A stretch of DNA of 64,000 nt, from the NCBI GenBank assembly GCA_041946735.1, contig JBHGAY010000001.1, positions 271,658 through 335,657 of the forward strand. Reading direction: 5' to 3'. This document shows, in pieces, positions 1-9,919 of the stretch (its first letter is position 1; each line of letters opens with the position of its first letter). A model generated the notes under the pieces. It searched no databases and was not told where the DNA came from. It saw only the letters and a list, made by a program, of their open reading frames with translations. Source of the DNA: Candidatus Eiseniibacteriota bacterium (GTDB taxonomy: Bacteria > Eisenbacteria > RBG-16-71-46 > CAIMUX01 > VGJL01). Made by a program: the position numbers and the translations under genes.

Positions 1-372
1 CTTCGACTCGGAAATCGCGTGGTCGACGAGGACGAGCAGCGTCTTGGGATCGTAGGGCTTGGTCAGGTAGTGGCGGATCCCGCGATGGAACGCCTTCATC
101 TGGGACTTCTCTTGCGTGTCGGCCGTCAGGAAGATCACCGGAAGGTTCGCCATCCCCTCTTCGCGGAGCGCGTCGAGGACGGCGAAGGCGTTGCCCTGGG
201 GCATGTTGATGTCGAGGATGGCGAGGTCGGGCTTCTCCGCACGGATCGCCTCGATCGCCTCCCGTCCATCCGAAGCTTCCACGACCTCGTATCCGGCCGA
301 TTCCAAGCGGATGCGGAGGGCGAGCAGGATATCGGGATCATCATCGGCGACGAGCACTCTCCGGCGGTTCAT
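1..372 (-). CDS. Response regulator receiver protein (runs off left edge)
   Basis: Manual translation MNRRRVLVADDDPD...DLAILDINMP...IFLTA...YLTKPYD shows all canonical receiver residues. ATG overlaps the TGA of the upstream kinase (ATGA). Confidence 0.9.
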   Translation of the reverse strand, partial: MNRRRVLVADDDPDILLALRIRLESAGYEVVEASDGREAIEAIRAEKPDLAILDINMPQGNAFAVLDALREEGMANLPVIFLTADTQEKSQMKAFHRGIRHYLTKPYDPKTLLVLVDHAISESK

Positions 373-1679
373 CGTGACTCCTTCGGCTGGAACCATCTCT
401 GGAGGATCGCCTCCGCCATCGACTCGGCCCCGCCGAAGTCGTCGGAGTGGAGGCGCCCTGCGTTCTCTTCCCAGTCGACCTGGATCCCCGACTGGAAGCA
501 CAAGCGCTCGGAGAGCGTGCGGAGGATCCCTTCGATCGAGGACTCCAATCGCGAACGGCTCCCCGGAAGCAGGAAGCAGATCGCCGCGTCCGATCGCGAG
601 GCGCAGCCGCCGAGCACGACGTCCTGCACCCCCATCGTGCGCGTGAGGATCTCGCGGGCGCGCGCGAGCGCCTCCTGGCGGGAGGCGCGCACCGCCCCGC
701 GGCAGGCCCGCATCTCGGCCCGGACGAACCCGATCCCGCCGACCCGGCCGAGCGGCGAAGCGGATCCTTCCAGGATCAAACCGGTCAGCATCCGGCGGGG
801 ATCGAAGCGCGGGAACGAGAGCACGACCTCCGTGCCCCGTCCCGGCCGCGAACGCACTCGAATCCTTCCACCATGCAGCTCGACGATCTCCTTCACGATC
901 GACAGGCCCAGCCCGAGGCCGCTCGTGCCGCCCGCCTGATCTCCCCGGTAGAAGCGCCGGAAGAGATTCCGGCGCGTTGCGGGATCGATGCCGAGCCCGT
1001 CGTCCTTGACGCGGATCTCGACGAACGGCCCGCACGCGCGCGCCCGCACCCGGATCGAGACAGCGTTCCTCGAGTACTTGACCGCGTTGTCGACCAGGTT
1101 GCGGACCGCTTCGAGCACCCTGTCCGAATCGACGAAGACGTCCGGCAGGCCGCGCGCGACCGCCACCTCGAGCTGCACCGTCTTGCCGCGGGGCGGCGCC
1201 TTCTGCATCAGCGCGTCCGGCGAAAGGACGCCGGCGAGCGCCACGCAGCGACGCGCGAGATGGAGGTTGCCTTCCTGCATCCGCGCGAGGACGAGGAGAT
1301 GCTCGATCATCTCGGAAAGGGTGTCGGCGTTGCGCAGGGCGATCCCGAGGTACTCCTGCTGCAACCCGCTCAGAGGCCCGGCGAGGCCGTCGAGGACGAT
1401 CGAGAGGAACTCCCGGAGTCCCGTCAGGGGCGTGCGGAGGTCATGGGAGACGCTGGCGAGGATTTCGAACGGCAGCGAGGGGAGCGCGCCGCTCGCGTCG
1501 CCGGCCGCCGGGATGTCGCCCGCCCGCGCGGCGGCTCTTCCCCGGCCTTCGGCGCCTCGGCACTTCTCTTCGCGGCCCCGCCGCTTCTCCGGCGATCCCG
1601 CCCTGCCCGCGCTTTCCTTCGTCGCGAGGAGCGCGGAGGCGAGGTCCTTTGCCTCCTGCTCCGTCCACCACGCCGTCAT
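369..1679 (-). CDS. Cytoplasmic sensor histidine kinase (HisKA+HATPase) with extra C-terminal domain
   Basis: H-box SHDLRTPL, N-box NLVDNAVKYS, G1 DDGLGI, G2 GLGLGLSIV. Start uncertain (1679 or 1757). Confidence 0.85.
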   Translation of the reverse strand: MTAWWTEQEAKDLASALLATKESAGRAGSPEKRRGREEKCRGAEGRGRAAARAGDIPAAGDASGALPSLPFEILASVSHDLRTPLTGLREFLSIVLDGLAGPLSGLQQEYLGIALRNADTLSEMIEHLLVLARMQEGNLHLARRCVALAGVLSPDALMQKAPPRGKTVQLEVAVARGLPDVFVDSDRVLEAVRNLVDNAVKYSRNAVSIRVRARACGPFVEIRVKDDGLGIDPATRRNLFRRFYRGDQAGGTSGLGLGLSIVKEIVELHGGRIRVRSRPGRGTEVVLSFPRFDPRRMLTGLILEGSASPLGRVGGIGFVRAEMRACRGAVRASRQEALARAREILTRTMGVQDVVLGGCASRSDAAICFLLPGSRSRLESSIEGILRTLSERLCFQSGIQVDWEENAGRLHSDDFGGAESMAEAILQRWFQPKESR

Positions 1680-1804
1680 CCTCGGCCTTCCTCGGGAGCC
1701 GGAACTTCTGCGACTCCCGATGGATCTTTCGGCCGATCGGACCGGTCTCTTGAGCATCGATCGGGTGGGATTCCCCGGAACGCGGCGAGTAGCCAGCGGC
1801 CGCG

Positions 1805-1906
1805 CCGCGCCGGCGGCCGGACCGCGCCGGCGGCCGGACCGCGCCGGCGGCCGGACCGCGCCGGCGGCCAGGCTGCTCCGGCGGCCGGACTGCTCCGGCG
1901 GCCGGG
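1805..1906. repeat. 17-bp tandem repeat, 6 copies (CCGCGCCGGCGGCCGGA)
   Basis: Three perfect and three degenerate units, intergenic. Confidence 0.85.
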
Positions 1907-1939
1907 TCGCGCGCGGCGCCGGCATGGCCGGCCATCCTT

Positions 1940-2308
1940 TCAGGCCGCGGGATTCAGAACTTGAGTGAGCAGATCTAGGAGCGCCTTGCGGCCGAACGGG
2001 AGCGTCAGCGTCGGCAGTCCTTCGGGAAACGGATTCTCCAACGGGAGCAGATGAGCGGAGACCAGCACGACCGGGATGCCGAGAGCGCGCGCTTGCCGGG
2101 CCAAGTCGGCGCCTCCCGAATCGGCGAGGTCGAAATCGAGAATGCAGACGTCGGGATGGAGCCGCTCGATCCCGGCTCGAAGGGTGGCCACTTCCTCGTG
2201 GAGCGAGACCTTTGCCTCTTCGCGTTCGAGCCGGCGGCGGAGAGCCTCGCGGAAGCCTGGATCGTGCACGGCACCCGCCACGACCCGACCCCGAAGCCTC
2301 GAACCCAT
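1940..2308 (-). CDS. Atypical single-domain response regulator
   Basis: PDVCILDFDLADSGG...PVVLVS receiver fold. The conserved Lys is absent (TLPF in place of KPF) and the acidic pocket is degenerate. Confidence 0.75.
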   Translation of the reverse strand: MGSRLRGRVVAGAVHDPGFREALRRRLEREEAKVSLHEEVATLRAGIERLHPDVCILDFDLADSGGADLARQARALGIPVVLVSAHLLPLENPFPEGLPTLTLPFGRKALLDLLTQVLNPAA

Positions 2309-2340
2309 GGGTTTTCTCTCTCCTTCCTGTGAGCCTTGTC

Positions 2341-2356
2341 GCAGGGGTCGTGCCAA
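2341..2356 (-). promoter_or_regulatory. Sigma54 -24/-12 promoter
   Basis: Minus strand TTGGCACGACCCCTGC (GG-N10-GC), 33 bp upstream of the ATG at 2308. Confidence 0.7.
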
Positions 2357-2459
2357 CGCGGCCGGCCCGCGCGGCCGAAGCGGGACTCGCGCATTTCCAG
2401 CCGTTTCGGGGCGGGTCGAGCCCTAGGGGCCCACGAGGGAGGCGCGCAGGAGGCGAAGG

Positions 2460-2509
2460 CGTCCCGATCGGGGGACGATCCGAAGCGGGAGGGTCGCGCG
2501 ACCGGGACG
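2460..2509. promoter_or_regulatory. Putative enhancer (UAS) sites CGTCCC-N6-GGGACG
   Basis: 2460-2477 CGTCCCGATCGGGGGACG and 2492-2509 GGTCGCGCGACCGGGACG, about 100-150 bp upstream of the sigma54 site. Confidence 0.55.
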
Positions 2510-2569
2510 TGGAGGAGGCGGGGTGCCGGAATCGATTCGACGAACGCGATCCGACATGGAGGGACTGCG

Positions 2570-2656
2570 GCGGATAGCTTCGTGCGGAAAGCTCCGTGCG
2601 GAAAGCTTCGAGGCAACTTCGAGCGGGGAGCTTCAGGCGGGGAGCTTCAGGCGGAA
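2570..2656. repeat. Degenerate 14-bp tandem repeat (GCGGRRAGCTTCRK-like), about 6 units
   Basis: gcggatagcttcgt / gcggaaagctccgt / gcggaaagcttcga / short unit / gcggggagcttcag x2. Confidence 0.75.
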
Positions 2657-2719
2657 TGCAGCGCGTTGGCGCGGAGCGGGCGCGGAGCGCCGGGGTCGAC
2701 TCCTCCTCTCTCGCGCGTC

Positions 2720-4342
<1,623 letters not shown>

Positions 4343-4372
4343 CGCTCCCCGTTTCCGCTGCCGCTCCCCGCG

Positions 4373-5554
4373 TCAGGCTTCGCTCCCCGCTTCTGCGGCG
4401 GGCAGGACGATCCGCGCCTCGGCTCCGCCCTCGGGATGGTTCGCCAGCTCGATCGTCCCGCCATGGGCGAGAACGATCTCCTGCACGAGGTGCAGGCCCA
4501 GCCCCGAGCCGCGGCTCTTCGTCGTCGAGAACATCTCGAACGCCCCACCCTGCTGCAGGCTCGGCGGCAGGCCGGGGCCGTTGTCCCGCATCCGGATCTC
4601 GACCCGCCGGTCGTCGAGAAATCGCGCGCGGATCGAAAGGACCGGCTCCGTATCTTCCCCCGCCGCATCGAGCGAGTTGCCGGCGAGGTTGATGAAGACG
4701 CGGAGCATCTGCAGCGGGTCGATCTGGACGATCCGCCGCCGCTGGCTCGCTTCGCACTCGACGCGCACCTCGAACGGCGGCCGTCCCGTCATGGAAAGCA
4801 GCTCGGTCTTCACGTTCTCGAGGAACTCGCCGACCGTCATCCGCGAAGGATGCGGCCGGATCGGCCGGATCATGAGCAGATAGTCCTCGGCCAGCCCCTC
4901 GATCCTCTGGATCTCTCGCGCGAAGAGCGTCAGCGTCTCGCGCACACGATGGACCAGGACAGGATCGGCTCGGTCCCCGGCGGAGCCGATCAGCTCGTCG
5001 ATCTCCTCCGAGAGGATCTCCGAATGCAGAACGAGGACGCCGAGCGGGGTTCGCAGCTCGTGAAAGACCTTGCCGACGACGCGCGCGAGCGCGTTCAACC
5101 GTTCCGCCTGGAGGAGCTGCTCCTGCATCGAGAGCTTCTCGGTCTGGTCGAGGAGGATCGACGCATGGCCGGCGAGACGACCGGCGCGATCGCGCACCGG
5201 GGCGCGGAAGACCTCGACCGGCAGGATCCGGCCGTCCTTCGCGATCCTCTTCGAGGAGTACGAAACGACGCGCTCCTCCTCGGCGGCGCGCCGGATCTCG
5301 CGGTCCTCCATGGCGACCATCTCTTCGGGAAAGAGCTGGCTCAAGGGACGTCCGAGGATCTCGGCGGCGGCGTAGCCGAGCAGCCGTTCCGCTCCCAAGC
5401 TGAAGACGCGGATGCGGCGGTCGAGATCGGTGACGATGAACGCGACGGGGATCTGCCGGACGACCGCCTCGTAGTAGCCCTCGAAATCCGCCGGCTCGTG
5501 CGGCCCACCGCTCTTGCTCCCCGCCTCGCCGCCGGTCCGCCCCTCCCTGTTCAT
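4373..5554 (-). CDS. PAS-domain sensor histidine kinase (NtrB-like)
   Basis: PAS/PAC (GAERLLGY...KDGRILPVEV), H-box FHELRTPL, NLAGNSLDA, DNGPGL, GSGLGL. Adjacent to the NtrC-type gene. Confidence 0.92.
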   Translation of the reverse strand: MNREGRTGGEAGSKSGGPHEPADFEGYYEAVVRQIPVAFIVTDLDRRIRVFSLGAERLLGYAAAEILGRPLSQLFPEEMVAMEDREIRRAAEEERVVSYSSKRIAKDGRILPVEVFRAPVRDRAGRLAGHASILLDQTEKLSMQEQLLQAERLNALARVVGKVFHELRTPLGVLVLHSEILSEEIDELIGSAGDRADPVLVHRVRETLTLFAREIQRIEGLAEDYLLMIRPIRPHPSRMTVGEFLENVKTELLSMTGRPPFEVRVECEASQRRRIVQIDPLQMLRVFINLAGNSLDAAGEDTEPVLSIRARFLDDRRVEIRMRDNGPGLPPSLQQGGAFEMFSTTKSRGSGLGLHLVQEIVLAHGGTIELANHPEGGAEARIVLPAAEAGSEA

Positions 5555-5679
5555 ATGCGCCGCAGTCTAGGCTCGCCCGCCCGGGACGGTCAATCGGCGC
5601 GCCAGGCCCGGCACAGAGGCGTTCGCGCGGGGGGAGGCGGACAGACGCCGGCGCTCGACGCGAGATCAGGGGCGCGAGA

Positions 5680-6477
5680 TCAGAACCGGAGGACGATCTT
5701 CGTGTCGGCCGTCAGGTTCGGCGCGAGGGTGCGCACGTATCCCGGGTCCATCTCCAGCTCGATCAGGATCGCCTCCTTGCGAAGCTGGCGGAGCTGATTC
5801 TCGATCGTCCCGCTTCGGAAGGAGCGGACGAAGGCGTCGAGATTGCGACGCGTGCGCTTCCACCAGGAATCCGGCGGGATCCAGCCGTCGAGCACGACGA
5901 CGAGGTTCCTGTCGAAGCGGAGCGTCGCGACGACCGGCACCGTCTTGACCTGGTTGATCCGGGTCCAGGTGGTATCGGCGCGGCTGGCGATCGCCGCGGA
6001 GTCCTTCACGGCGAGCAGAGGGATCTCCTCCCACCAGGTGTCGCGCTGCAGGACGAACGGCACCTCGCTGAAGGCGATTCGCGAGGTGTCGGCGATCAGC
6101 TCCTTCGACGCCCCGTTGTATTCGATCTCGCGAAACGGAACGCGCGTGAGGGGGACGCCCTGCATCTCGAGGCGAATCTCCTTCTGGGGGACGTCGAGAA
6201 TCAGGTAGGGAATATCCTGCTTGCTCAGCGCAAGCCGGGCGCGGAGCACCGCGTTGGCGGTCCGCAGGCGGAAGTACTCCTCGGCGAGGTTCTCCTTCGC
6301 CTTCGCGTCCGTCGTCGCTTGCGGAGCCGGCTCGGTGGCCGGGGGCTGCTTCCCCTTCGCTCCCTTTCCCTGCGCAGCCGCCACGGCGCCCGGAGCGAAG
6401 CCGGAGATCAGAGCCAGGACAAGAATCAGGAGGATCCAGACGGTCCGGATCCGGACGCGGCCGAACGGCTTCGTCAC
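5680..6477 (-). CDS. Secreted protein, probable catalytically inactive L,D-transpeptidase (YkuD-like) paralogue
   Basis: Signal peptide, coiled coil, YLILDVPQKEIRLEMQG entry strands and a YkuD-like C-terminus (LEMDPGYVRTLAPNLTADTKIVLRF). No Cys or HG motif. Confidence 0.6.
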   Translation of the reverse strand: MTKPFGRVRIRTVWILLILVLALISGFAPGAVAAAQGKGAKGKQPPATEPAPQATTDAKAKENLAEEYFRLRTANAVLRARLALSKQDIPYLILDVPQKEIRLEMQGVPLTRVPFREIEYNGASKELIADTSRIAFSEVPFVLQRDTWWEEIPLLAVKDSAAIASRADTTWTRINQVKTVPVVATLRFDRNLVVVLDGWIPPDSWWKRTRRNLDAFVRSFRSGTIENQLRQLRKEAILIELEMDPGYVRTLAPNLTADTKIVLRF

Positions 6478-6688
6478 TCTCGGTCCCCTTCCACCCTTCC
6501 CGTTCGAGCTTGTCGAACTCTCTCTGCCTCTGCGCGGCCGATCCTTCGCGTGGGATCGCGCCGCGTCCGTGCGACATCGATCACGCGCTGCGTCCGCGGT
6601 CGTTTCGGAGCGGCCCCCAGCGCAGCCCCCCGCTCGGGCGGCACGTCTCGCACGCTCCCTCGCCGCGACATCCTCTTCAAGATGCGGA

Positions 6689-7321
6689 TCAGAAGATGTA
6701 GATCGGCGTGCCGACCTTCGTGTTGTCCCAGATCGTCTGCAGGTCGCTTCCGCCTACGCGGATGCATCCGTGGGTGACGCTCTGGCCGATGAACCTCTCG
6801 AAGATCGTCCCGTGGATCAGGTAGCCATTGCCGAAGTACAGGCCGTAATCGCCGAGCACTCCCGGCATGAACCGCTCCGCCGCATGCGCCGCGGGAATCG
6901 GCTCGCCGGCTTCGACGAACGCCCAGTCGGGCTGCACCCAGACCGGATCCTCCATGCGGTTGCGCACCCGGTAGACGCCGCGCGGGGTCGAGAAGAACCA
7001 GCGCCGCCTCCCGAGGGAGTCGATCAGCTCGGTGTTGCTGCCGGTGGAGCAGGGAGCGTCGAGGAGGACATCGTCGCCGCGACGCAGATAGATCCGATTG
7101 AGCGTGGTGTTGACGACGATGAAGTCGTCCTTCGGAACGAGCTTCTCGAGCCGGCTCTCGAGCTTGCCGTTCTCCTTCTTCAGCTCCGCGATCTTCTTCG
7201 AGAGCATCCCCTCGTCGAGTCCGAGCGCGCGCGCGGCCGCCTGGTCCCCGCCCTTATCCTGGCAGCCGCCCAACAGGACTGCGCCGAGCAGGACGAGACC
7301 CGCCACCCACAAGAGCTTCAT
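6689..7321 (-). CDS. L,D-transpeptidase lipoprotein (YkuD/ErfK family)
   Basis: Lipobox LLGGC, CSTG, STPRGVY, catalytic YLIHGT...SVTHGCIR, VGTPIYIF. Confidence 0.92.
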   Translation of the reverse strand: MKLLWVAGLVLLGAVLLGGCQDKGGDQAAARALGLDEGMLSKKIAELKKENGKLESRLEKLVPKDDFIVVNTTLNRIYLRRGDDVLLDAPCSTGSNTELIDSLGRRRWFFSTPRGVYRVRNRMEDPVWVQPDWAFVEAGEPIPAAHAAERFMPGVLGDYGLYFGNGYLIHGTIFERFIGQSVTHGCIRVGGSDLQTIWDNTKVGTPIYIF

Positions 7322-7425
7322 TCCGTTGTTCTCGAGTTGGATTCCCATGGCCCTTTGCGACAACCCAGCGCCGCCACCCTTCCCTTTCGTCAGGCGAAAG
7401 CCGCCTATCGAAAATCGCCGATCAT

Positions 7426-7471
7426 GGAACGGGCGGGCGGCCGGCCTAGAGCCTGCTCACCCGCCCTTTCC
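7426..7471 (-). terminator. Long imperfect stem-loop between lipoprotein and LDT genes
   Basis: Minus strand GGAAAGGGCGGGTGAGCAGGC-TCTAG-GCCGGCCGCCCGCCCGTTCC. No clear U-tract. Confidence 0.4.
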
Positions 7472-7534
7472 AGATCGTACTACACGAACCTGCTTGCGCC
7501 CACCCCACGTAGTGTGCGGGGGAAACGGGACGGA

Positions 7535-8209
7535 CTACTGACCCGCGGGGGCCCTGCCCATCATCTTGTCGATCGCCCCCTGGACCTCGGTGCCCAGGCT
7601 GCGGGCCTTCTGCGTCGCCTCGCCCGCCATGCGGGCGGCTTGCTTGTACTTCTCCTGCGCCTGAGCCGCGCGGACGTTCTCGAGAGACGCCTCGGTGGCA
7701 TCCAGCTCCTGGCGGATCTGCTCGATCGCCTGACGCGCCTCCTTGGCGCGGACGAGCCGCTTCCCTTCAGGACTGTCGAGTTGCGTGCGGACGTCCGCGA
7801 TCGCCTGCGTCGCCTCGGCGAGGTTGCGCTCCGCCTCCTGGCGCGCCAGCTCCTTGTTCTTCACCGCAGCGTCGGCAGCAGCCGCGCCGGCCGTCTGAGC
7901 GGAGGCAGCCTTCACCTTCGCCTGCTTGTAGCTCCGGAACAGAGCGAACTTCGCATTCTGCCGATCGATCTCGCTACGAGCCGCGGCGAGGGAGTCCTCG
8001 GCGGCGCGCAGCTCTTGCGGCGCATACTCCGCCGCTTCCTTCTGCTTCGCCTGATCGATGGCGGCCTGAGCCGCGCTCATCTCTGCCTCAGGCGGCTTCG
8101 CGCAGGAGGCAAGACCGAGCACCAAGAGAACCAGCACACCCGACCAAACCGCCAGCGTGTAACGCCGGGACGAGCTTCGCCGACTGGGACCGCTCATGTT
8201 TACGGACAT
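7535..8209 (-). CDS. Helical lipoprotein, DUF4398-like
   Basis: RBS AAGGAG, lipobox LASC, then KPPEAEMSAAQAAIDQAK...AAEYAPQELRAAEDSL, Ala/Glu/Lys-rich helices. Confidence 0.82.
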   Translation of the reverse strand: MSVNMSGPSRRSSSRRYTLAVWSGVLVLLVLGLASCAKPPEAEMSAAQAAIDQAKQKEAAEYAPQELRAAEDSLAAARSEIDRQNAKFALFRSYKQAKVKAASAQTAGAAAADAAVKNKELARQEAERNLAEATQAIADVRTQLDSPEGKRLVRAKEARQAIEQIRQELDATEASLENVRAAQAQEKYKQAARMAGEATQKARSLGTEVQGAIDKMMGRAPAGQ

Positions 8210-8291
8210 CTCCTTTCGTCTCCTTGCCAGCACCCCCACCACATCCCCCGTGGATGCAGCTTCCTGCCGAGCGCAAGACGACCTAGCCTTT

Positions 8292-8308
8292 TGCATAGGC
8301 CGTGCCAG
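8292..8308 (-). promoter_or_regulatory. Sigma54 -24/-12 promoter
   Basis: Minus strand CTGGCACGGCCTATGCA (GG-N10-GC) upstream of the lipoprotein-LDT operon. Confidence 0.78.
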
Positions 8309-8442
8309 AGATTGGACCCGCTCCGGAGGGCCGTCAAGCGCGATCTCCGGGCGGTTTCCCGACCCGGGAACGGTCTCCCCGGACCTCGCCCGGCCCGATT
8401 CGAACCCGGCCGGGTGCATGAGTGGGATCCGAACGGAACATT

Positions 8443-8462
8443 CCGTCCCACGGATGGGACGG
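8443..8462. promoter_or_regulatory. Palindromic putative enhancer CCGTCCCA-CGGA-TGGGACGG
   Basis: Perfect 8-bp inverted repeat about 135 bp upstream of the sigma54 site, with the same core as 2460-2477. Confidence 0.6.
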
Positions 8463-8605
8463 GTTTCGGGCTGGACGAGGGGGGCCGGGGAGGCAGACCC
8501 CGCCGCGGGCGAGAGCCGGCGCAGAGCGGCGGGAGGAGGGGGCGCGCGGGATGAGGAGACGACGGCCGGCGGCGGGAGGAAGGGGGGACGGGGAATCGTG
8601 AGGAA

Positions 8606-9919
8606 GTGGGGCGGGAAGTCGTGAGCGGGCGGATCGCGCGCGCAGCGGCGACAGGCGCGCACGAGGCGGACCGTCTTGCCGATCCCGAGGGGTTGCGGCG
8701 CGCTCTGCTGCGCTGGTACGGCGCGAATCGACGGGATCTGCCCTGGCGGCGCAGCCGCGATCCGTATCGCATCTGGGTGGCGGAGGCGATGCTCCAGCAG
8801 ACGCGGATCGAGACGGTCCGTGACCGCTACGTGCGGTTTCTCGAAAGATTCCCCGACGTCGAGTCGCTCGCCCGCGCGGCCGAGCACGAGGTCGTCGCCG
8901 CCTGGTCGGGCCTTGGCTACTACCGGCGCGCCCGTAACTTGCGCGCGGCCGCGGCCCGTATCGTCGACGACCACGGCGGCGCCTTCCCCCACGATCCGGC
9001 CGCGGCCCTGGCGCTTCCCGGCGTCGGCCACTACACCGCCCACGCGGTCCTGAGCATGGCGTTCGACCTTCCACTTGCCGCCGTCGACGGCAACGTGACG
9101 CGCGTGCTCGCGCGACTCACTGCGGCCCGCTCGATCGGCGACGCGCAGATCCGGGCGCTGGCCGCGCGCCTGCTCGATCCCCGCCATCCGGGCGAGATGA
9201 ATCAGGCCTGGATGGAGCTGGGAGAGACGATCTGCGTGCCGGGCCGGGCTCCGCGATGTCCGGCCTGTCCCGTTCGGCGATGGTGCGTGGCGCACGCGAG
9301 CGAGACGGTCGATCTCCACCCGGGACGCAAGCCGCGCGCCGCCCCCATCATCGAGGAGGGTTCGCTCTGGATCGTTCGGGACTCGCGAGGCCGGATCCTG
9401 CTCGAGCGGCGCGAAGCGGCCCCGTTGCGCGGACTCTGGATGCTTCCGTGGACGAAGCGGAGCGCGGGGACGGGCGCCGGCGCGGCGGCGCCGGGCGGAC
9501 GCGGTGGCCCTTCCCGTGGCGGGGAGCCGCTCGTCCGTCACGCGATCCTCGATCGCCGTCACATCTGCGCAGTCATCGACGCCGGGCGCGATCGCCAGGC
9601 AGTCCCTGGAGCGCCGGCAGGAGAGAGGCGCTGGTTCGCGCGAACGCGAATCGCCGGGCTCCCCCACTCCTCGCTCCTCGACAAGGCGCTCAGCGCGTGG
9701 GATCTCTCCCGTCGGCGGCGAGCAGCACGTGCACGCGCCACGCCGGAGACGCCTCTGCCCCACGGGGCGGCTCCCCTTCCACAAGGGGATCGACGCCGAC
9801 CCAGCCGCGCATCGCGTCGCGAAGCCGACCCGCCCCATCCGGCGAAGCCTCGGCCGCGATCCTCTCGAAGCGAGCCGCCGCCTCCTCGAACGACCCCGCG
9901 CGGACGACCGCGATCGTGA
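8606..9919 (+). CDS. mutY: A/G-specific adenine glycosylase
   Basis: RRDLPWR, DPYRIWVAEAMLQQT, WSGLGYYRRARNL, HhH LPGVGHYTA, VDGNV, Fe-S Cys cluster, C-terminal Nudix-like region. The 3' end overlaps the convergent gene. Confidence 0.92.
   Translation: MGREVVSGRIARAAATGAHEADRLADPEGLRRALLRWYGANRRDLPWRRSRDPYRIWVAEAMLQQTRIETVRDRYVRFLERFPDVESLARAAEHEVVAAWSGLGYYRRARNLRAAAARIVDDHGGAFPHDPAAALALPGVGHYTAHAVLSMAFDLPLAAVDGNVTRVLARLTAARSIGDAQIRALAARLLDPRHPGEMNQAWMELGETICVPGRAPRCPACPVRRWCVAHASETVDLHPGRKPRAAPIIEEGSLWIVRDSRGRILLERREAAPLRGLWMLPWTKRSAGTGAGAAAPGGRGGPSRGGEPLVRHAILDRRHICAVIDAGRDRQAVPGAPAGERRWFARTRIAGLPHSSLLDKALSAWDLSRRRRAARARATPETPLPHGAAPLPQGDRRRPSRASRREADPPHPAKPRPRSSRSEPPPPRTTPRGRPRS

Noticed and set aside
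1805..2656. Tandem repeats as a CRISPR array
   Set aside because: The units are contiguous with no unique spacers, too short, and there are no cas genes.
7380..7470. GGC-GAAA-GCC hairpin as a c-di-GMP riboswitch
   Set aside because: It is on the non-coding strand relative to the operon and lacks the other conserved elements.
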